64,000 nt of DNA from the human T2T-CHM13v2.0 reference genome, Homo sapiens. The notes under the pieces were generated by a model. The model ran no database searches. It was not told the origin of the DNA and saw nothing but the letters and a program-made list of their open reading frames with translations. Both the position numbers and the translations under genes were made by a program. Position 1 is the first letter of the stretch; each line of letters starts with the position of its first letter. Location of the stretch: the NCBI RefSeq assembly GCF_009914755.1, contig NC_060929.1. One strand, given 5' to 3'. Shown here one piece after another: positions 54,160 to 64,000 of this stretch.

Positions 54160-54700
54160 GGACAAGGTCTGGAGTTTAAGCACATATGTTCAAATTCTAG
54201 ATCCACTATCTTTAAAGTAAAGCTTAATATGGGCACAATTTCGAAGTTCTGGCTCAGTTTCCCTTTTTGTAAGATGAAGATAATAATAATATTGACACTA
54301 TCAGGCTCTGGTAAGGACCAATGGACTCAATATATGTAAAATGTTTAACATGGTGTCTAGCACATGATAAGCATTCCACAAATGTTAGTACCATTATTAT
54401 TTTCGTACAACTTTTTGCCCACATTTACTATGAGAACTGTTAAGTAACAAACAGAAAAATAGAGGGGGAGACTAAAAGAAAAAGGAGATACCGTGTGCAT
54501 CTATTTATGTCATATACTCGTCAAAAAGACATTTGTATTGTTACTTGATTTTTCAGTAAATCCTGTGAGCTGTCCACTAGTGAGAACCAAGGTATTGAGA
54601 AGTTAAGACACCAAACAGCAAGTGGTAGTGGTAGAGGGGGTAGACAGAAACAAGGGCTTTTGACTCCAAGTCCAGTACCCTTTCTTCCATGGTGTTCCTT
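54160..54700. mobile_element. Two MIR fragments (~54160-54400 +, ~54555-54700 -)
   Basis: MIR core ctcagtttcc..gtaagatgaagataataata, and an antisense equivalent. Confidence 0.65.
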
Positions 54701-54801
54701 CTCTCATAGACGCCAAGATTTATTAATGTTAACCATGGGTTGCCAAATTTTTATTCTCTTCATTATTTTTGATAGGTATGGAATTCCGATGATCCCTAGG
54801 T

Positions 54802-55141
54802 CAGTAGTCGCCAACCTTTTTGGGACCAGGGACCAGTTTTGTGGAAGACAATTTTTCCACAGACAAGGGGTGGGAGGAGATGGTTTCAAGATGAAACTGT
54901 TCCACCTTGGATGATCAGGCATTTGTTAAGTTCTCATAATGAGTCCACAACCTAGATCCTTGGCATGCACTGTTCCCAATAGGGCTGGTGCTCCTATGAG
55001 AACCTAACGCCGATGATGATCTGACAGGGGACAGAGCTCAGGCAGTAATGCTGCCTCACCACTCACCTCCTGCTGCATGGCCCAGGTCCTAACAGGCCAG
55101 GGATCAGTATCGGTCCATGGCCAGGGGAGTGGGGACCCCTG
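54802..55141 (+). mobile_element. MER1B hAT MITE
   Basis: CAG..ccaacc / ggggacccctg TIRs; degenerate 8-bp TSD ccctaggt/acctagat. Confidence 0.9.
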
Positions 55142-55224
55142 ACCTAGATGGTAACCGCCCATTCATTCACTCCTCTGATATTTGTTTTGTGTAAATATAT
55201 ATGACATTGGGCAGCACCTAAACT

Positions 55225-55812
55225 AGGTGGAGCAAAGTAGGAAAGAATTTAGCAAAGATATTGTATCAGGAAAATAAAACAAAATCACTCCAGTTATTTT
55301 AACAGACAAAACGTCATATAGGAAGTTGGTGTTAGAGGTCTGAAAAGGCAAGTAGGAACATGGACATAATATGGAGAAAGTGAGTGCAGCCTTCACCTCT
55401 AGGGATGGGAGAAACACAGGGAAGAAGCTGGGGTCATTAGAATCCAGAAGTTTAGAGGAGGAGTCTTTTCAAGTTAAACTCAAACTTCCCAGGAGAAGGC
55501 AGCTGATTAGTTGGCACTGGTGTTTCTGTGGGTGTATGAGGAGGAGGCTTCTGCAAGGGAGAAAAACAACTGGAAACTGGAACAACGCAGGCTGCCAGGG
55601 CGAAAATGCACTGCTGGGTGATGCTGCAGGAACAGGAAACAAACAGGAAGGACTCGGTCACTTCCCTTTTCTCGAGTTTCCCGTCTCCCTCTAGCACCCT
55701 TTGGCAGAGTCTAGCATGGCACCATCAGGCCAAGCTGAAACGTGGTTTGCAGAGAGCCAGCCCCAGCATCACAGGTGAGTTTGGAACTGAGACAATAGAT
55801 TAACAACTGGCA
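55225..55812 (-). mobile_element. LTR33-like ERVL solo LTR
   Basis: ccagccccagcatcaca...aactggca end. Confidence 0.6.
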
Positions 55813-55959
55813 GATATATGCACATACTGTTATGGCTAATTGATATTAATATGTAAGTTGTGCTACAGAGGAAGAAACTATTTTTTTTACTGGGAAACTC
55901 CTAGACTCCATTATATCTAATCGGACTTTACGTCCTGATTTACTGTTTATCTTATATAT

Positions 55960-56230
55960 TATCTCAGCTTCTTCAGCCCTTCTCCATTCCCACTCACAAC
56001 GCTCCAGACTAAACCCGTATCATGTCTTAGTTGGCTTATTCCAGTTGATTTCCCCACCTCCAGGTTTACTACCTCCAGCCCATCCTACCTGCCAACAGAA
56101 CAATTCCTATTACTCCACTCTTAAGGCCTTTAATTAATCTTTAACCTACAGAATAATATCTAAACTTATTCATAGAATACAGGCTGCCTCTCCTTCCAAC
56201 CTGCCCACCTCCTACCTCAGATCTCATCTA
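55960..56230 (+). mobile_element. L2 fragment
   Basis: Pyrimidine-rich L2-like sequence (tcatgtct..ctccagcccatcctac). Confidence 0.55.
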
Positions 56231-56739
56231 TACTAAAACTGCTCAAAACCTTTGCTTTAATATTATACCATAGCAAAGTTGAGGGGTAGGCTGGGGAGCT
56301 AAGGAAAAGCAATATGTGTTTAGAATGAAAGAATTACCACAATCAAACACATCTATGATTAACTGCACCCAGCATTCTCTTGCTGGCAAAAGCATTAGGG
56401 GCTAACAGAAAGAAGGACATTGAGAGAGTTGCCCAGTCACCCAACAACTCATAAAAATCTGCCAAGGACCAGAAACCATATAAAAACAAACACACATATT
56501 TTAAAACTTTTGGATGTTTAATATTTCAAAAATATAAATAATAGCCAAGCAATGGTTTTTGAAAAGATATAGAGACGTGCAGGACAAATTTTCTCGTCTT
56601 TGGTGTCCAAGGATTGTATTATTAACAACTTTCTTAGACACGAGTTGGTGAAACAGCTGGCGTTTCTATTAACAAAACAGTTTTAAAACGATTGTAATAT
56701 CTTTCCAATAATGAAATGTCTTTTCAAGAGTAAAAACTA

Positions 56740-56930
56740 ACAGCTAAGATATACTGAAAAATTTTATGTGTCAGGCTCTATTCTAGGCACTTACATATAT
56801 TGTCTCATTTATTTTTCACCAGCTCATTTATTTTTCACCAGCTCCCTATAAAGTAGATACTTTTATTATCCCATTTTATAGATAAGGAAGCTGAGGCTCT
56901 ATGAAGTTAATTATCTTGCCCACTACTAGG
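56740..56930 (-). mobile_element. MIR
   Basis: ttattatcccattttatagataaggaagctgaggctc core. Confidence 0.8.
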
Positions 56931-57559
56931 TGGTGGTAGCACTAGCTCTTTGAGGGTCAATAAGGTGAAAAGTTAGTAACTACTTGTGAATGGCTCCTTT
57001 TTTTTCCCCTGTGGCTAGAAATATGTTTTTGTATTTGGTTTAAATCTTCGTTTTGTTTAAATGGGGTTTTAAAGGTCCAGGGAAATAATTTTTTCAATGG
57101 GCTGTATCATATCATAATTTAACACTGGCAGGTGGCTTTTTAATTTAGTGGTTGATAGATACTATAATATAAATGAGCTCAATTGTGCCTTGAATTAAAC
57201 AAGAATAGTTATAGCCACAAGACAGAAGAGAAGCCACATTTCCTATCCTGGGAGTTCAATGTAGGTTAGAATCCAGGGGCTTAGCTGAATCAGAGACAGA
57301 TCTTGCTGAAGCAACAGTATGATGAGAAAGTTAGCTCATCAGAATAAGTTGGAAATCTAGTAACCATTTGGCAGAAGATTGCAATTCATAAAAGCAAGTA
57401 TTTCCAAAGGCAGCCACATCGGTGATAGATTTGACCCTTACAACCAACACCAAAGTAAAGAACTGCTGGTACAAAGTAAAAGTTCCAGTATAAATTACAT
57501 ACCTACCATGAGTTAACCACAGATTAATTCACAAAGAGTTGAGAAGACAATTAATAATC

Positions 57560-57800
57560 TTACTGTTTATCAGACATCTACTAGGTGTTAGCCAGGCACT
57601 CTGTTAAGCCCTCTATGTATGTGATCCCATTTTAACCTCAGATAAACCCCATGGAGCATTTTTATCTCCGTATTACAGATGAGGAAATAGAAGTAAATTA
57701 GAATAAGTAACATACTCAAGATCATCAAGGTAGGAAAACCACCTTCAAACCGAGATTTATTCAAGTTTAAAGCCTCTGCTCTTTCTACTACCTCACACTG
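57560..57800 (-). mobile_element. MIR
   Basis: ttacagatgaggaaa core; near full length. Confidence 0.8.
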
Positions 57801-58894
57801 CCTCAGCTATTATTGAACAGAGTGTTATTTCTTTCTATAATAGCTCTGATTATTTAAGCAATAGAATTTTGTGTTCAGAAAACAGAACCCCTCATTTTCA
57901 ATTCACCACATCAGCTAGAAAGGTTTGTACAGCACATTTTTTGCCATGAAAAGCAAAATTGACTTTAAGAGCAACCCATTACAGCCGCTCAGACCTTTGT
58001 CCCTCTAGCTCAGAAGGTCTATAGCATGTGCCTAGAGTTTGCAAATCCTACACACCAATAGAATAATGCACTCCAACATTCAAGAGTAACATGCTAGGAT
58101 TGAAGGTGGTTAGGTGGGGAGAATATCCATTCTCCTGATTTCCTGACTAATGCAGGATAGTCATGCTGGTAAATATACAGAGAGGACTGGTATGGTGTTT
58201 TGAATAGTTGCTACTTACGTTAAGTAGGCAAATATTTTGAATATCATCTTTGTGATGAGAGGGTTGTTGGGACACAGAAGGTAAGTGATTGTTTCTTTAA
58301 TTTGTAAAAGCTATCTTTTTGTAAGCAGAAAGACCAGTAGGAAATGGGTAACCAATAAGAATACTGAACATACTTAATCATGAAAAATGGTGAAGCTATT
58401 GCCAATTTCAGCTCTGTGGACACATTCTAGGAGGTTTTAACTGCAAGAAATGCTCAGTTATATTCAAATCAGGAGGAAATGCTGATTGAGAAACATTGAA
58501 GATCAACAAATTCCCCTTACTATTTAGGTAATAGTATTCTTTATTTTTGTTCCAATTATGCATGATATTTAAATAAGGAATATTCTGGAAGCTCTGCTTA
58601 ACTGTTTCAGAGAGCTTCTATTTTTATTAACTGTGGTCTTTCTTAAAAATAATTATCTCTATGAGATCATATGTGCAAAGTGCCTATACTAGTGCCAGCT
58701 CGCTGAGGCAGCTCATGTAGCTCAGGTTTCTTTTCCTTACTGGCACTCTAGCTGTATAGAGTTTTGTTCCATGATCCAGTCATCACCTGGATGTAATTAC
58801 CTCAACTGTAGTCACTTCAAAAGGAATAATAGTTTCTAGGGTGTTATTATTTTTTTCATAAACAAAACTGATGCAATTAATATGGATGTTATAA

Positions 58895-59235
<341 letters not shown>

Positions 59236-60889
59236 TTAAATTCATATTTTCTTCATGCAAACATAAGTTTACTGGGCTTTTTTATCTGATAACTATAGTG
59301 GTCTAATTCTTCAAATACACTTTTTTTAAAGCTGCTTTTTACCAATTGGATGAAATTACAATAAGATGGCCAGAAAAACGATTTATGATCAGAGCCCAAG
59401 AGAGTAATCAATTTACACTTTGAAGCATGAAGTCTGACTGCCCTTTTCTCTAATGTAACACACCATGTACTACAATTTATTGGCCATAAAACTACTCATC
59501 CATAGTCATTCACTTTGTCCCATGATTTCTCTATGCAATCTTCAAAGAAAGGATTCATGTGAAATTGGTTAACTATTTACTTCATATAGAAAAAGCTCCA
59601 CCTACATTTTTTAGTTCTGCTTAGGAAGAAGACTGCCATATATTGGTACTGGAATTCTGCAGTTAACATTCATAATATATTTTATTCAATTGACTATTAA
59701 TGTTTAGGCCTCAAGAATTATTAATTTGTCTTCCCACATACTTTCTTTCTTCCCCAGGTTATAAAGTTAGACAACGATTTTCTTTTTCAGCTTTTCAAAT
59801 TTACTACCACAACTACCCTTCCTTCCCAAAACAGTTTCATTCAGAAAATGATTTAATTTACATTACTCTAAAGATAACAGATATCTAAGTAATGTCAAAC
59901 TCATTCCCCACTCTTCAATTTATGTTCAAAGGTCCAACTGATGCTCATATTACAAAGATTGATAGAGTAAATTGTCAAATGTTCAGTAAACTTTTCAAGG
60001 ACATTCAAGAAAGATGCTTGGATCTTTTGTAAACATGTATTCTGGCAAAAATTTCCAAAATTTCTATAATTTGAATATGAATAGACGTATATTTCATTTT
60101 CAATATCATAGTATGTCAATCCTTTTTCTTCTTTAAAAACTGGTGTGTATTAAAAATGGAAAGTTTACATTTTTATTTTCAAAATGTTTTGAATCTTGGG
60201 AACTCTTTCCCTCTTTTAAAGACATTATAATAACACTTTTCACTTATCTTAAAGTCATTTTTGCACTTGCTTTTAAATTTATTTCCATTTGGAGATGGAA
60301 CATATCACCTATCGTCTCTGAATCTGCATTCATTGACAGAGAAACAGTAATTTCTAGAGCAAAAAGTTTTAGTTACAATTTGAGGAGAAAGGATATTTTG
60401 TTAAAGTTGAGTGATTCCTTTAATAGCATAACTTCTCTATAGCAAGGACTAGGAGAATATAATAATTTTTAACATAATTATGCTTTTCTTTGAGTATGTT
60501 CAATCTAGCACAAAAGCCTTGCTAAATAATCAGCTATCACGTCTCATTCATAAGGGTCTTTCTTCGATTATAAGAAAAACAAATTTAGTAGTAATTCTCT
60601 GCACTCCAGGCAACTGTTCCTTATACAAGGAACTGCCCATTAAAATCACTTTAAAATAGGCTTTAGAGGGTTATCAAGAAGAACACTTTTGAAGTTTCTC
60701 AGATATTTCATATGTGAAACTGAACCAAGGCAGATTTAGTCAAATGAGAGTATTAGAGCACTTACAATTTGAAACAGGCTGTTTTATACTGTTTCTGATG
60801 CTCTGCTAACTAATTTTAAAAGTGAAGAAATTTCCTGTGACTTGAATTCTTCTATAATTTTTCAGAGCAAGTTGTATTAATAAATCATC

Positions 60890-61045
60890 CAGTTCCTTAT
60901 TACAAAAAATGCAGTCCATGAACCACACTGGCATCATCTGGGAACTTGTTAGAAATGCAGCATCTCAGACCTACTGAATCAGAATATGCATTTTTAGTGA
61001 GATACCCAGATGATACACAAGCATATAAAAATTTAAGAAGCATTG
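60890..61045 (+). mobile_element. MER5A
   Basis: ctgggaacttgttagaaatgca..cagacctactgaatcagaa. Confidence 0.85.
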
Positions 61046-61090
61046 ATATAGTTAACATTGATACTTGGAAGGGCTAAATATTCTTTATTA

Positions 61091-61325
61091 CAGAGTTTTC
61101 CAATGTATGTGCTAGGAAAGGCTGTTGTGCTGCAAATGGTTTGCAGGTAAGGACTCACCTAAGGACTCTCTCAACCCTTGGAGCAGATGGGTGGAATTGA
61201 CTTGGCCAGAACCCCCCAGAGCATCTCCTGCCACCTGCAAGTGGCCTTGTCCCTTAACCCCAGTGTGCCATACAGACACCATGTCCTAAATGTGCCACTA
61301 CATGGAAAAGATAGCAAAGCGCTGC
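61091..61325 (-). mobile_element. MER112-like hAT MITE
   Basis: cagagttttccaa ... accccagtgtgcca ... aagcgctg. Confidence 0.6.
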
Positions 61326-61944
61326 TGTGATAAATTATGTTTAATCAAGGAATAATTTGATGGGACGAACCAGAGGGGAAAAGTAAATAGAAGTAGGAAG
61401 TCAAAGTTCTTGGGCACAGACAAATCAACAGTGAGGAAGTCAGGGTGAGACTGGAAACTGGTTCCTATTCTCCAACTCCTTGCAAAGTTAAATAAGTAAG
61501 ATCTGCACAACAACTAAACAATGTTGGAAAAATAGTTCTTGGCTGGCAGAGTTAAGCTCCTGCTTTAAAAATGATTCGTCAATTAAAAATAATATTAATA
61601 AATATTAACTAGTTAATTAATTAAAAAGATAAACCAGCATAGCCAGCAACATGCATAGAATTGTTCCACAGTTAAACCTTTAGCAATGGCAACAGAAGGA
61701 TTGCTTGACGGTGTTTCATGAATATTGCACAATCCCTGTTCTCCATAGTGAGAAAACTTCCAGTTTTCCCTCAGTATGGGCAGGTCCCTTTCACAGAAAA
61801 ACAGAAGCATAAAGTGCTCCTCTCTTCCCTTACTAAAAGTACTGATGGATACATTGACACCAATCCCATAGTTCTCAGAGAACAGCAAAAGAAGAGAAGA
61901 GAAGCAGAGCAAATAGCACTTATGAAACAGATGTCAGCCTAAAT

Positions 61945-62478
61945 AACCGAAAGAGTCAGAATCTAGTTTAAAGAGAGTTTATTCAAGCACAAAGTTTGAG
62001 GATGGCTGCCTGCAAAACACAGATTCTGATGAATGGAAGTCAGTGCTCTGAAGTGTAGAAGTTTGGGGTTATTTTAGATAAAGCTTGGGGATGGTGAACA
62101 GAATTTCAACATCTTTCTGTATAAGGCTTGATGTATAGTTACAATGATCTGATTAGTCGAGGTGGTCTTTTTCTTTCGAGAAGGCATATTTAAAATTCAA
62201 CATTACAGATGTAACAGTCATGGGGTCTTTTTTGTCATCTGGTCTGAGTTAGGTACAGGACAATAAAGGAGGCAATTAATCTATAAAAAAGATCAGTGAC
62301 TGGAAGGCGAATAGGTCTGGCCTCTGGTTGTTTACAGAACAAGAACAATGAGGAAGAGAGCTAATTTATAATCTAAGAAGCAGAAGTTGCAAATATGCTC
62401 TGTGACTCAGTCTCCAGGGCTTAAATTCTTCCTTGGCATAATAAATTTAGAGGGTCCTGCAATTTTATTTTCTTTTAC
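61945..62478 (-). mobile_element. MER4-group ERV1 solo LTR
   Basis: Antisense TGTAAAAGAAAATAAAATT start; antisense polyA signal (tttatt) near 61978. Confidence 0.7.
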
Positions 62479-62851
62479 ACAGAAAAGCCTCGAAGTAATA
62501 AATAAGTCATTGGTGGAGGACATTTAGCAAAGCACATTGGAGAAAAGCAGTACTGTTTATAAGGATTCTGTGCTTACCAAAGACTGAACTTTGGAAAAAC
62601 TTATCTAACAAGACTGGGTGGTCACTTTAGTTTGTATTGTAGCTCATAATAAAGAAGTCAATAGTTCAGTACAGGTGGGTGTATGAGAAAAACAGTAGAA
62701 AATTCAGAAGAGGATCAGCAAGCCCAAATATCAAGAGAATAATAGAATATAGACCAAATTAGAGTAGACATTTCTCTTAGCCATGTTTGTCAAAGTGTTT
62801 GACCAGTGCTTTGAAGGAATGGCTTAGAAGTTGATATAAGAACCCAGCTAT

Positions 62852-63160
<309 letters not shown>

Positions 63161-63463
63161 CTATAGCAATTGTCATTGCTGTATGTGGCATTATGCTTTA
63201 ATTTTTCAGCTAATATTTTATTTCATTCATTAATATGGTTCTTTCTCACTTTTTTATTTTAAAGAGAAAAAAACTAAAGAATCCCAGTTTTAGCTTCTCT
63301 CTTATAGCATAGCAATGACTTTAAGTTGGTTTCTCTCTATAGTTTTTTTTCCAAACCTATTTTCCACATAATTATTAAAGAAACTCTTTGAGAACAAATT
63401 ATTTTGTGTCACCTTCCTGCTTCTATTGTTCCAATGACACTCGTAGCTTCCTGGATTGTTTAA

Positions 63464-63802
<339 letters not shown>

Positions 63803-64000
63803 GGCACTTACATTTCTTTAGGATTTCTTAAATCTCAGCTTCCTTTGTGGCCCCATACCCATCTGCATCCAATTCCATCAAACTGCTGTCGTCCCCCAAA
63901 CACACAATGCTTTAGTGTGCCTTGTGCCGTTGCACCTGCTGTCACCCTACGAACATGCTCTTCTCCTTTGTTCACTTGCAAAATCTTTCTTATCCTTGAA

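Noticed and set aside
61415-61750. Bunyavirus-type cap-snatching endonuclease (H..PD..)
   Set aside because: The distance to motif A is too short, and the HR and MTase motifs favour a Mononegavirales-type L.

Overview
This is primate (human-like) genomic DNA, mostly interspersed repeats: AluJ/S/Y, a full-length L1PA nested inside an older full-length L1PA, old L1M, L2, L3/CR1, MIR, ERVL/MaLR/ERV1 LTRs and hAT DNA transposons. I found no convincing host protein-coding exon, and most track ORFs are Alu or L1 artefacts. The non-repeat gaps on the MINUS strand, translated by hand through stops and frameshifts, give collinear decayed fragments resembling a non-segmented negative-strand RNA virus (Mononegavirales, paramyxovirus-like). 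These are a near-complete L polymerase (~61.5->50.5 kb; RdRp motifs, capping HR motif, methyltransferase motifs in order), then N (~42.8->41.8 kb), a possible P C-terminus (~38.3 kb), M (~37.4->35.0 kb) and the C-terminal half of F (~10.4->9.5 kb). MIR, L2 and L3/CR1 elements interrupt these genes, implying a very old multi-gene endogenous viral element. The viral calls rest on motif recognition from memory, not on a database search, and need profile-HMM confirmation. Repeat subfamily names and most boundaries are approximate.
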